This document shows, piece after piece, positions 15,120 to 24,060 of a stretch of DNA of 32,000 nucleotides. The notes beneath the pieces were generated by a model. It had not been told where the DNA came from. It worked only from the letters and a program-made list of their open reading frames with translations, and ran no database searches. Numbering within the stretch: the stretch's first letter is position 1; each line of letters opens with the position of its first letter. The stretch comes from Thermococcus kodakarensis KOD1 (GTDB taxonomy: Archaea; Methanobacteriota_B; Thermococci; Thermococcales; Thermococcaceae): positions 900,001 through 932,000 of the forward strand of contig NC_006624.1 in NCBI RefSeq assembly GCF_000009965.1, read 5' to 3'. The position numbers and the translations under genes are program-made.

Positions 15120-16426
15120 TGTACGGATTTGGCTTTGGTGAAGAGAGAAGCTTAAGGTTTAGGATCGCAGAATACATGAAGGCCCTCGCAGCGCTCCTGA
15201 TAATCGTCTGGCTCTTCAAGGGGCCGCTGAAGCTTGAGGCCTACAACGACTACATGGTGTACGCGATAATCGCGCTCATCTTCGCCTTTGAGCTCCTGAG
15301 CGTCGGCAAGTGGTTCGGGGTAACGATAAGCGGAATTGTCTTTGCGCTGGCCAAGGGTGCTTTCTGGACGAGCGTCTTCCTGTTCTTCGGGAAGTGGCTC
15401 GGACTTTCGGAGACGTTTACTGGCGAGAACGCCACGATAACAGCGGGCACGATGTTTGCCTACGCGGTCGTTCTCACAATAGCGGGTCTCCTCTTATCCA
15501 AGTTCGACGAGAGAAGGATTGATTGGAAGGTTGAGAAGAAGGCCTACGAGTTCAACGGAGCTTCCTTCGGAGAGGTCAAGCTCAATGGAAGCGGCAAGGC
15601 CTATCCCGTGAAGTTCGGGAGAAAACTTGTGGGTTGGGTCATTGACGGAGACCTAACGGTGGAAGCGGAAACCCCAATAGGAAAGGTCACAAGAAAGCTC
15701 CTCTCTCCCGTTGCGGTATGGACTTCGGAAAAGATTGCCGTAAAGAAGACTTCCCCTGATCCTGGCTTCGTCAAGAGGGCGAACGAGCTCATCAACCCGG
15801 AGGGGCTCTACCGCGACAAGAACAAGGCGAGCGTCGTTGACCTCGGAGTGGTGAAGGTCTACGAGGGCAACGGCTTCGAGTACGTGAAGGTGCCCTTTGT
15901 GGAAGTCATCAGCACTCCAGCGGGGGAGGAAGTGAAAATAGGCCCCATGAGGTTGCGCGACGGCCGTGTTTGGAAGCCCAGGGGAGAGATGCTCACCATC
16001 AGGGAGCTCACCAACGGCTTCCAGCTCACCAGAGTTGGTGAAAGACTAACCATCCAGACTGAGGAGTACACGATAGAGGTTTCAGGTGACAGGGTGACCT
16101 ACAGGAGCGGCGATGAAGTGCTGAGCCTCGGCGAGACCGTTTCCCTCCGCTCGGGCGATATCTCCGTAACGGTGGGAAGGGGAAGGGCCAAGCTGAGGAT
16201 TGAGGACGTTGTAATCTCGGCCCGCGACGGGACGGTGAGAATCCGCGTTGGGGGCAAGACCCACACAATTGAGAGCAGAGAGGCCTGCAACCTCGTCCTG
16301 AGGAAGGCGAAGGAGATAGTGGAGGAGCAGGGCGTTGAGATGGTGGAGGGCCTCGGCATAGACAGGGCCAAACTCAACGCGCGCGTTAAGGAGCTCATAG
16401 ACGAGCTCATGAGGTATCTGGGGTGA
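15116..16426 (+). CDS. membrane protein: 4 N-terminal TM helices plus ~300-aa beta-rich domain (uncharacterised)
   Basis: ATGA overlap with the ArsR gene. Hydrophobic segments lie within the first ~130 aa. The tail has short repeated strands (VTYRSGDEV / VSLRSGDIS / VRIRVGG) and a terminal amphipathic helix. Confidence 0.8.
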   Translation: MMYGFGFGEERSLRFRIAEYMKALAALLIIVWLFKGPLKLEAYNDYMVYAIIALIFAFELLSVGKWFGVTISGIVFALAKGAFWTSVFLFFGKWLGLSETFTGENATITAGTMFAYAVVLTIAGLLLSKFDERRIDWKVEKKAYEFNGASFGEVKLNGSGKAYPVKFGRKLVGWVIDGDLTVEAETPIGKVTRKLLSPVAVWTSEKIAVKKTSPDPGFVKRANELINPEGLYRDKNKASVVDLGVVKVYEGNGFEYVKVPFVEVISTPAGEEVKIGPMRLRDGRVWKPRGEMLTIRELTNGFQLTRVGERLTIQTEEYTIEVSGDRVTYRSGDEVLSLGETVSLRSGDISVTVGRGRAKLRIEDVVISARDGTVRIRVGGKTHTIESREACNLVLRKAKEIVEEQGVEMVEGLGIDRAKLNARVKELIDELMRYLG

Positions 16427-16469
16427 TGGGCTTGGAACCTGGCCCGGAGAGAAGGGAAGAAGAATACAC

Positions 16470-16501
16470 GGGGGGCGAGAGGCCCCTCTTTGACTTTGTT
16501 T
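16470..16501 (+). other. GC hairpin followed by T-rich tract inside a 160-nt intra-cluster spacer (possible internal terminator/attenuator)
   Basis: GGGGGGC(16470..16476)-GAGAG-GCCCCTC(16482..16488) forms a 7-bp stem including one G-U pair. It is followed by TTTGACTTTGTTT. Confidence 0.35.
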
Positions 16502-16595
16502 CGGAGGGGTGGCTGTGAGTTCGAGGGCGGAAAGCACTCCTTAAGGCTTGTGGCCCAAAAGGGAGGAGTTGTTAGGATAAGAATGTGTGAAGGTG

Positions 16596-17255
16596 ATGGC
16601 CATGATCTTTGAAAACGTGAAGATGGTTGAGATATCCGCCGTGAACGGAAAGGCGGAGATCGAGGGCTGGGAGAACGACCACGCAGAGGTAAGCTACACC
16701 CTACACGGCGAAGCCGAGGTGGAAGTCGAGCAGAGGGGAGAGAAGCTCATCATCAGGGAAGAGCCAAAGAAGAGGTTCTTCAACCTTCTCGGAAAGAGCG
16801 GCTGGGCCGAGATTACCGTAAAGGTGCCGAGGAAAGCCACCGTTAGGGCCTCCACCGTGAACGGCGAGATAATGGCAAGGAACGTCTCCTTCGAGAAGGT
16901 CTCCACGGTGAACGGCAGGATAGAGCTTGAAAACTGTGAGGCGGGGGAAATAAGCAACGTGAACGGGAGGGTGAGAGCCTACTTAGCGCTCGCAAAATCT
17001 CTGAAAGCGAGCAGCGTCAACGGCCCGATCGAGCTTGAGATAGAGGAACTTGAGGGAGACGCGAAAATAAGCAATGTAAACGGGAGCATTGCTCTTGCCC
17101 TCTCGGACTTCTGTGACGCGAGGGTAAAGGCGAGCCGCGTGAACGGAGCTATAACCTTCGAGGGAATTGACCCGGAGAACCCGGTCATCGGCACGGGCGA
17201 GTTCGAGGTGAAGGTCAGCACGGTAAACGGGAACATTGTTGTGAGGAGGATTTAG
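16596..17255 (+). CDS. DUF4097-like beta-strand repeat protein (putative adhesin / LiaG-YvlB family fold)
   Basis: Eight [STN]VNGxI repeats spaced about 20-30 aa apart, with no signal peptide. Start candidates are ATG 16596 and ATG 16602 (GGTGA 5 nt upstream) or the track GTG 16587. Confidence 0.8.
   Translation: MAMIFENVKMVEISAVNGKAEIEGWENDHAEVSYTLHGEAEVEVEQRGEKLIIREEPKKRFFNLLGKSGWAEITVKVPRKATVRASTVNGEIMARNVSFEKVSTVNGRIELENCEAGEISNVNGRVRAYLALAKSLKASSVNGPIELEIEELEGDAKISNVNGSIALALSDFCDARVKASRVNGAITFEGIDPENPVIGTGEFEVKVSTVNGNIVVRRI
16641..17237 (+). repeat. intragenic array of 8 VNGxI-encoding repeats (GTGAACGG-type cores)
   Basis: The repeats are AVNGKAEI, TVNGEIMA, TVNGRIEL, NVNGRVRA, SVNGPIEL, NVNGSIAL, RVNGAITF and TVNGNIVV. 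Confidence 0.75.
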
Positions 17256-17256
17256 G

Positions 17257-17266
17257 TTTCTTTTTT
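17257..17266 (+). terminator. oligo-T tract (TTTCTTTTTT) right after the DUF4097-like gene
   Basis: Starts 2 nt after the stop at 17253..17255. Confidence 0.45.
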
Positions 17267-17345
17267 GCTCACCTCTGCGCGGAAGGTAGAAGGGAAGTGA
17301 GCAGGCAAGAGATGCTGGATAAGTCGGAGAGAGGGAGGAGAGACC

Positions 17346-18608
17346 ATGAGATTTAACAGGGACTTCTGGCTCTTCGCGGTGGGACGCTTTGTTTCCCAGC
17401 TCGGCTGGGCGGTGCAGGATGTAGCTTTGCCGCTCTACGTGCTAGACAAGACCCACAGCGGGAGCATGATGACGGCGTTCATCTTAGCTGAGATGATTCC
17501 CGCTCTGATAGTCATGCCCTTTGCGGGGGTTGTGGGCGACCGCTACAACCGAAAGAAGTTGATGGTCTGGTTCGATATCGCGAGGGGAATTCTCCTCTTC
17601 GGCGTTCTGGCATTCAACCTGCTGGAACTGCACCAGTTGATAGTCGTTCAGGTCATAATGGCCGTCATGGGCACGTTCTTTGGCTCGGCAACGAGTGCGA
17701 TGTTTCCCGACTTGGTAGAGCCTGACGAGCTTGAGAGAGCAAACTCGATAACTGCATCGATGAACATTTTGGCAAGGCTAATTGGCCCCGCCCTCGGCGG
17801 CTTCATCTATGCAATAGGTGGAATTAGACTGGCCATTCTCATCAACGCGGTCAGCTTCTTCGGCTCGGGTCTGTTTGAAATCCTCATAAAGTACGAGTGG
17901 AAAACGAGGGAACTTGAGAGTTTCTCCCAGGTAGTTGAGGATCTGAAGGAGGGAATCTCCTACCTGCTCTCGAACAGGTATCTGAGAACTCTCATGTTCT
18001 TTGCCCTGTTCATGATAGCCTTTGGACAGCCCTTTGGGGCCGTTCTCATGCCCTACTCCTTCAGGGAGGTTCTGAAGTTCTCAAGCTACCAGTTTGGCCT
18101 CCTGGAAAGTGCTTTCATGCTCGGCGCCCTCGCCGGGAACATGCTGGTTGGTATAAAATTCGGCAGAAAAGCCGGGAGATACCTCTTCCACGCCCTCCTC
18201 CTGGATGGAGTCATGATACTCCTCTTCACGTGGGCAATAAGTCCGCTATCCTCCCTAAACAAGGCGGGGGCGTTTCTCTTCCTGGCAACGATAAACGTCC
18301 TCTGGGGGGCAATAGAGGCCTTTTTCAACGTCCCGCTAAACGCTAAGATACAGCGCGCCGTCCCGAGCGAGCTCAGGGGGAGGGTGTTCTCGGCCATGGC
18401 GGTTATGATGCACGCTTCCGGCCCCCTCGGCCTGATGGGAGTTGGGCCACTCCTCGACAGGTTTCCGGCCTGGAAAGTTGCCCTCGGCCTCTGGACCGGG
18501 ATGGGGATTGTAGTTGCCTATTTCTGGGCGAGGCACAGGGACGTCTTGCTGGCCGACGTGGGAGCTGGAGACGGAAAGGAGACGAATAGAAGCCAAGGGA
18601 TTACTTGA
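17346..18608 (+). CDS. MFS transporter
   Basis: 420 aa with about 12 hydrophobic segments. The GDRYNRKK loop between TM2 and TM3 is the typical MFS motif A. GGAGG SD. Confidence 0.9.
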   Translation: MRFNRDFWLFAVGRFVSQLGWAVQDVALPLYVLDKTHSGSMMTAFILAEMIPALIVMPFAGVVGDRYNRKKLMVWFDIARGILLFGVLAFNLLELHQLIVVQVIMAVMGTFFGSATSAMFPDLVEPDELERANSITASMNILARLIGPALGGFIYAIGGIRLAILINAVSFFGSGLFEILIKYEWKTRELESFSQVVEDLKEGISYLLSNRYLRTLMFFALFMIAFGQPFGAVLMPYSFREVLKFSSYQFGLLESAFMLGALAGNMLVGIKFGRKAGRYLFHALLLDGVMILLFTWAISPLSSLNKAGAFLFLATINVLWGAIEAFFNVPLNAKIQRAVPSELRGRVFSAMAVMMHASGPLGLMGVGPLLDRFPAWKVALGLWTGMGIVVAYFWARHRDVLLADVGAGDGKETNRSQGIT

Positions 18609-19116
18609 CCTCTTTTAGTTTTCCTTCCCTTTTCTCTATGGCCCTAGCCATTATGAAGAGAAGGTCACTGAGCCTGTTGAGGTAGACGAGTGCGTTCTGG
18701 CCGAAGCCGTAGTCGAGAACAAGCTTCGCCACTCTTCTCTCGGCCCTCCTCGCTATCGCCCTGCAGACGTCGAGCTTGGCGCTGGCTATTGTAGAGCCAG
18801 GCAGGACGAAGGACTTGAGCTGGACTTCTTCCTCGTATTTATGGATGAACCCCTCGAGCCACTTAACATCTTCCTCGCTGACCTTCGAGTACTTGCCCTT
18901 GCTGGCGAGCTCAGCCATAAGGTCGTAGAGCTGAACCTGGATTCTTTCGAGGGTTTCTGCCATCTCTTCAGGGACGTAGTGCTTTGCTTCCCCGATAAAG
19001 CTGTCCAGCTCGTCTATCGTCCCGTTTGCTTCCATAATCGGCGAGAACTTTGCCACGCGGTCGCCGGTGAAGAGACCCGTCAAACCCTTATCTCCGGTTT
19101 TTGTTGTTATAGACAT
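18601..19116 (-). CDS. ATP:cob(I)alamin adenosyltransferase, PduO-type
   Basis: TKTGDKGLTGLFTGDRVAKFSPIMEANGTIDELDSFIG and a C-terminal YLNRLSDLLF are hallmark PduO/MMAB motifs. It overlaps the MFS 3' end by 8 nt (convergent). Confidence 0.9.
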   Translation of the reverse strand: MSITTKTGDKGLTGLFTGDRVAKFSPIMEANGTIDELDSFIGEAKHYVPEEMAETLERIQVQLYDLMAELASKGKYSKVSEEDVKWLEGFIHKYEEEVQLKSFVLPGSTIASAKLDVCRAIARRAERRVAKLVLDYGFGQNALVYLNRLSDLLFIMARAIEKREGKLKEVK

Positions 19117-19200
19117 TTTTTCAACACCGCATCATCATACGTTGCCACGCCTTTTAGAATTTACCTGTCGAATTGTTCCAAAAATTGACTGGAAAGGTAG

Positions 19201-19216
19201 GAAAAACTTATTTATA
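19201..19216 (+). promoter_or_regulatory. BRE/TATA (GAAAAAC TTATTTATA) promoter of the 1319-aa gene
   Basis: The TATA at 19208..19216 is about 35-40 nt upstream of ATG 19250. A GGTGA SD lies at 19238..19242. Confidence 0.6.
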
Positions 19217-19249
19217 CACCCCTGCCGTTTTTAACTCGGTGATCCACCA

Positions 19250-22200
19250 ATGAAACGGTCTGCGCTAGTGTTGATAGTGCTGTTGCTCTTGAGTATAATC
19301 CCAGCGTGGGCGATTAAACCAGTGACGGCGGTGCAGGAAACGACTAGTGCAGTTATCTCCGAGAAAATATATGCATCTGAGGACACTTGGATAGACGAAG
19401 ATGGTTACGTTGATTCCAAAAACTATCGCCTACGAGTAGGTGTACACTACGGAAGCGAGGAGAGAGCATACCTAAAGTTTGATCTCTCGACATTGCCCGA
19501 AAACGCCATCATAGTGCGGGCAACTCTAACCCTTCACGCCTATTACCACTCTGGCTCTAGGTCCCATAACATCACTGTCTACGGAGTATTGGATGACTCA
19601 TGGAGCGAGGACACATTAACCTGGAACAATCAACCCACAGATTATACAGGAGTTCTAAACTGGACTATTGTCGAGCTTCCAAATGGAAACGTTGATTCAA
19701 ATGTATCTTGGGATGTCACTGACTTTGTCAAATCTCAGTTCGAAGAAGACAAAGTCGTTAGCTTTTATCTCCACTCAAATCTCAGCGACTTAAACGTGAA
19801 TGATTACATATACTTCAACTCAAAAGAGAGTAGTCACGGAAATCATCCATGTCTCGAAATCGTCTATGAAGTTTCAGAGCCGCCTCAGATTCCCGTTGTC
19901 CCAATCCAAGAAATCCAGAGCAACACCACCGATGGAGACGCATCAGCCTACGTAGGTCAAACCGTCCAGACCGAGGGCGTTGTTACAACAGTCACCAGCA
20001 GAGGATTCTTCATACAGAACGGTACTGGCCCTTGGAGTGGGATCTACGTTTATACAGGATCTACCCCTGATGTTTCCATTGGCGACCTCGTTCAAGTTAC
20101 AGGGAAAGTAAACGAGCACAAGACGAAGAATGATAATAAAGGTCTCACCGAGATTGACGTCAACAGTATGGAAGACATTGTCAAGCTCGGAACCGCGGAA
20201 GTTCCTGACCCTGTTCTCCTTCCAACGGGCAACGTTTCCCAGGAGCGGTGGGAGAGCGTCCTGGTGAGAGTGGAAAACGCCATCGTGACCAACACCAGTT
20301 TGGGATACGGAGAGTGGGAAGCGGACGACGGAAGCGGGCCCGTTAGAATAGACGACATGATATACAAGTACGACCTACCGAAGGTGGGGGACGTTTTCAG
20401 GTACATCGTAGGAGTTGTGTACTATTCATATGGCGACTTCAAGATAGAGCCGAGAGACGCGGATGACATGGCTCTCGCGGTTCCAGAGATACTGAATCTC
20501 AACGTGAACCCGAAGTACGTTGATGAGAGCATGATAAACGTAACCGTCAGGAACAACTACGACCACGACGTTTCTGTAACCCTCAACCTGACGATCTCCG
20601 ACGGCACGGCCGTGAGCAGGCAACTGACCCTCGGCCCGCAGAACACCAGCACCGTGAGCTACGAGTGGAACCCAGCCAAGCCAGGGAAGTACACAATCGA
20701 GGTGAAGCTGTACGACGATTCAGGCAGGTTGCTCGACTCCAAGAACACGACCGTTGAAGTTTCCTTTGGTTTCGGCATAGCCTCGTACAGCGTTCCGGAA
20801 GTCGTCCTGGTGGAGGAGCCGCAGATCCTAAACTTCACGATAGCCAGCAACTACTCCACCGCCAAAAAGGCCGCCTTCACTGTAACCATGAACGGTACCG
20901 TCATCTACCAGAACGACAGCCTGGAGGTTCCCGCCGGTGGTGAGATTAAGGTCGCTATCCCGTGGAGCGCCCCGAGATACGGCACCTACGAGATGCACGC
21001 CGTACTGAAGATGACGAACAGCCTGGGAGAGAACGTGACAGTTAAAGAGCTCACAAAGACCATCTTCGCCCAGTACAATGTCACCCCCGTGGCTACGGAA
21101 GAGATCATCCCAACTGAGGACGCTTACAGCTACTACTACAACGGTACAGAGTTCAGCTGGAAAGATTACCACCCGTACAATGAGAAGAGAGAGCTCGCGA
21201 TTGGAAACTCCTCTAAATACTCCAAACAGAGAGCGTACTTCAAGTTCGAGATCCCAGAGCTCTCAGGGGATACCGAGATAATCTCAGCAGAATTTGAAGT
21301 CTACGTGCCCTATATCGGGGACTTGGATGTACCCATGGACGTCGGCGTTTACAAAACAACCACGGATTGGAACGAGAGCAAAACGCCCTCCGAACCGCCC
21401 ATTCCAGATACTCTCCTTGCCCATGGAGAACTCTCAAAGGGATGGGTTTCATGGAACATAACCGAGTTCGTCCGGAACAACACTGGAAAAACTGTTGCCC
21501 TACTCCTCAAACTGACGGACGAGAGCATAGACAACTACGCGTGGATTTACTCCAAGGAGAACCAAGACCTGAAGCCCCACCTCAAGATTACATACAGGAT
21601 ACCCCTGAATATCGAAGAAGTCGGAAACACGACGGTTGCGGTGGTAGGAAACGCTACCGTGGAGAAGAACGAGAGCTTCTTCGTCGTTGAGGTCGGCGGA
21701 AAGAACTACACCTTCAACGTCACCGCGGGGAACCTCATAGTTGACACCGAGAACATCAAACCAGACACCCCATCACTGGTGGCCTACTGGAAGGCCAAGA
21801 TCTCTGGTGTTGAAACGAAAACGGGAGAATACCGCGTCAAGCAGAACCTCAAAGTCGAGAGACACGTCATCCAGACAAACGTAACAGTTCATCTGGCTAT
21901 GGAAGACCCCTCCGTGGCCGTTCTCCTGGTACCCTGGATGGGTGACACCGTTAGGGATGTAGTCGTCACCAAGGGCAGCCAGAACATCACCCTCGAAGAA
22001 AACGACACAACCGACGAGCTCGGATACTACTACATCACCTCAGATGCAGTCGTTGTGGTTCTTAAGAAGGACCCAACCGACGTCACCGTCGTTTTCGAGA
22101 GCTCCAGCACAGTTACAAAGACTCTAGCATCGGAAGTCTTCTACAGAATGGCACTGTTCTACACCTACTACCTCAGAAACCACAACGAAGAGCTCGAAGA

Positions 22201-23209
22201 TGCCTACGCCCAGTTCCAGAACCTCACCAGCGAGCTAGAGGCTAGGGGAGTTGACCTGAAGAACGTACCCGTGGATGAGATAAACAGCAGAATGCAGGGA
22301 TACCGTGAGAGCTTTGCCCGGCTGCCGGAAATCACCGATATAGTCTCCAACCAGGGAGGACTCGGAATAATCACGGCGTTCAGGGTTTCGAGGCAGGCTT
22401 TTGTCCTGTACAAGAGCTTGATGGATGAGCTGGCCTACTGGAACAAAGTACTCTCAAACGCCCTCACTGCGGCTGAGAACAACCAGAGCGTTGTTATAAT
22501 CCCAAGAAACGTCTCCGTACTGATAGACCTTTCCCACGACCAGTACTATGGCAGTAAGGTAGGGATAAACGGGCTGGTCAGCAGGATCACAAAGGAGTTC
22601 GGCTGGAACGTTGAGATGAACCACGAGCCAATCACGTACGACAAGCTGAAGAACTACAACGTTGTTATAATACTGAACCCAAAGATCGACTTATCCAGCG
22701 AGGAAATCGCCGCCCTTAGGAAGTACGTCGAAGAAGGTGGGGGGCTGATAATAGCGGGAGACTGGTACAAGTACGTGAACCCGAGCCTCAATGAGCTCCT
22801 GAGCGGCTACGGCATCACTCTCGAGAAGACTGAGCTCATGGACGACGACCACAACAGCGGAAAGCCATACTATCCGTACGTCGGAGCGTACAACAGGAAC
22901 ACTCCTATAACCAAGTTCATCCCAGATGGATGGATGACCTACTATCACGGCGACACTTTGACAGTAGAAGGAAACGCCGTATGGGTCATCAAGGCCTTTG
23001 AAACCTCCTACGCCGTTGACGCCGACGGAAACGTTGTAAACGAAAAGGGCAGCCAGCCCGTCGTCGCCGCGGCAGTCGAGGTCGGAAAGGGAAGGATCAT
23101 CGTCTATGGCTCGAGCAGGGCCTTCAGTGACAGCTACTATGGCAAGTACATAGCCAGCAATTGGCCATTCATAAAGGGCGCTCTGCTCTGGCTCGTTGGA
23201 GAGATTTGA
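19250..23209 (+). CDS. giant secreted multidomain protein: 2x DNRLRE-like domain, OB-like module, CARDB-like Ig repeats, DUF4350/GldG-like C-terminal domain
   Basis: Signal peptide MKRSALVLIVLLLLSIIPAWA. The DNRLRE-like signature (NYRLRVG...ERAYLKFDLS, then QRAYFKFEIP) occurs twice. An IQ...GQTVQTEGVVT...GFFIQ...SGIYVY...GDLVQVTGKV module resembles the N-terminal OB-like domain of ExeM/NucH-type extracellular nucleases. More than 30 N-x-S/T sequons. No C-terminal anchor. Confidence 0.9.
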   Translation: MKRSALVLIVLLLLSIIPAWAIKPVTAVQETTSAVISEKIYASEDTWIDEDGYVDSKNYRLRVGVHYGSEERAYLKFDLSTLPENAIIVRATLTLHAYYHSGSRSHNITVYGVLDDSWSEDTLTWNNQPTDYTGVLNWTIVELPNGNVDSNVSWDVTDFVKSQFEEDKVVSFYLHSNLSDLNVNDYIYFNSKESSHGNHPCLEIVYEVSEPPQIPVVPIQEIQSNTTDGDASAYVGQTVQTEGVVTTVTSRGFFIQNGTGPWSGIYVYTGSTPDVSIGDLVQVTGKVNEHKTKNDNKGLTEIDVNSMEDIVKLGTAEVPDPVLLPTGNVSQERWESVLVRVENAIVTNTSLGYGEWEADDGSGPVRIDDMIYKYDLPKVGDVFRYIVGVVYYSYGDFKIEPRDADDMALAVPEILNLNVNPKYVDESMINVTVRNNYDHDVSVTLNLTISDGTAVSRQLTLGPQNTSTVSYEWNPAKPGKYTIEVKLYDDSGRLLDSKNTTVEVSFGFGIASYSVPEVVLVEEPQILNFTIASNYSTAKKAAFTVTMNGTVIYQNDSLEVPAGGEIKVAIPWSAPRYGTYEMHAVLKMTNSLGENVTVKELTKTIFAQYNVTPVATEEIIPTEDAYSYYYNGTEFSWKDYHPYNEKRELAIGNSSKYSKQRAYFKFEIPELSGDTEIISAEFEVYVPYIGDLDVPMDVGVYKTTTDWNESKTPSEPPIPDTLLAHGELSKGWVSWNITEFVRNNTGKTVALLLKLTDESIDNYAWIYSKENQDLKPHLKITYRIPLNIEEVGNTTVAVVGNATVEKNESFFVVEVGGKNYTFNVTAGNLIVDTENIKPDTPSLVAYWKAKISGVETKTGEYRVKQNLKVERHVIQTNVTVHLAMEDPSVAVLLVPWMGDTVRDVVVTKGSQNITLEENDTTDELGYYYITSDAVVVVLKKDPTDVTVVFESSSTVTKTLASEVFYRMALFYTYYLRNHNEELEDAYAQFQNLTSELEARGVDLKNVPVDEINSRMQGYRESFARLPEITDIVSNQGGLGIITAFRVSRQAFVLYKSLMDELAYWNKVLSNALTAAENNQSVVIIPRNVSVLIDLSHDQYYGSKVGINGLVSRITKEFGWNVEMNHEPITYDKLKNYNVVIILNPKIDLSSEEIAALRKYVEEGGGLIIAGDWYKYVNPSLNELLSGYGITLEKTELMDDDHNSGKPYYPYVGAYNRNTPITKFIPDGWMTYYHGDTLTVEGNAVWVIKAFETSYAVDADGNVVNEKGSQPVVAAAVEVGKGRIIVYGSSRAFSDSYYGKYIASNWPFIKGALLWLVGEI

Positions 23210-23211
23210 GG

Positions 23212-23221
23212 TTTTTCTTTT
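23212..23221 (+). terminator. oligo-T tract in the 14-nt gap between convergent genes
   Basis: TTTTTCTTTT lies directly after the stop at 23207..23209. Confidence 0.5.
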
Positions 23222-23223
23222 CC

Positions 23224-24051
23224 TTATATTTCTCTCGGAGGAACGAGAATTCCAAGTTCCGTTATTATCCCCCTCACGTACTTCCAGGGGGTAACGTCAA
23301 AGAGAACGTTTCTAACCCTGTGGCCGTTCCTTGCATAGGGCCGTTCTACCAATTCAACGTCCCCGCTATTCAGCTCAGGATGGAACTTGAAGCTCTCCGC
23401 GGCGGCATAGAAAGGAACACCGTTGTCATAGCAGGCCAGAGCCAGAGGGTAGGTACCAGCTTTGTTTACGACTGCACCGTCGCGCGTTACGTTGTCGGCA
23501 CCAACCAGCGCCAGCGTTGCCTCCTTCGAAAACAACCCGACTTGAGCGTCGGTTATCACCTCATAGCTGATGCCAAGGGCTGAAAGCTCGTTCGCAAGTG
23601 CCAGACCCTCAAAATCTGGGGCACTTTCAGTGAGGATAACTTTGAACGAGCGCCCCTTCCTCTTCGCGGAGGTGAACACTTCGAGAACCGCGGAGGAAAA
23701 GGAGTGGGTTATCACGATGTCCCCATTGTCAATCAGCTCACTTCCAATGTTGCCAATCTCTTTTTTTGCCTCATTTATAAGCCTCAAAAACTCCTCAGCC
23801 CGGGATTTTAGAAGACCAGGGTCATCGGTTATTGGAATGAACATAACAAGATTGTAAAGGGATGCCATCGTTGGGTTAACCTTGGGAAGTTCTTCCCTCA
23901 TTTCTTGAAGGGCGTTCTTCAGCTCGTTCCCTTCAAGCAGATCAGCCAGAAGAAGGTACGCTTCTGCCCCTTTCTGCGCCATCCAGCTGGCGCCCCGAAT
24001 TCTCTCAACCCTCATGTCCTCAAGAAGAGACCTTATTTCAGGAGGGAGCAT
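23224..24051 (-). CDS. eIF-2B alpha/beta/delta-like family protein (short archaeal aIF-2BII/PH0208-type; sugar-phosphate isomerase family)
   Basis: ITHSFSS, LTESAPDFEG, VGADNVTRDGAVVNKAGTY and FDVTP motifs fit the eIF2B-related / ribose-1,5-bisphosphate and MTR-1-P isomerase fold. At 275 aa it is shorter than the characterised R15P isomerase, so the exact activity is left open. Confidence 0.8.
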   Translation of the reverse strand: MLPPEIRSLLEDMRVERIRGASWMAQKGAEAYLLLADLLEGNELKNALQEMREELPKVNPTMASLYNLVMFIPITDDPGLLKSRAEEFLRLINEAKKEIGNIGSELIDNGDIVITHSFSSAVLEVFTSAKRKGRSFKVILTESAPDFEGLALANELSALGISYEVITDAQVGLFSKEATLALVGADNVTRDGAVVNKAGTYPLALACYDNGVPFYAAAESFKFHPELNSGDVELVERPYARNGHRVRNVLFDVTPWKYVRGIITELGILVPPREI

Positions 24052-24060
24052 GTAAATCCC

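Noticed and set aside
16026-16537. Stack of minus-strand ORFs (80, 103 and 151 aa) antisense to the 3' part of the 436-aa membrane protein gene and the spacer
   Set aside because: They mutually overlap in different frames, give Arg/Pro/Ser-rich translations and have no SD or promoter. The plus-strand gene is coupled to the ArsR gene and reads as a coherent protein.
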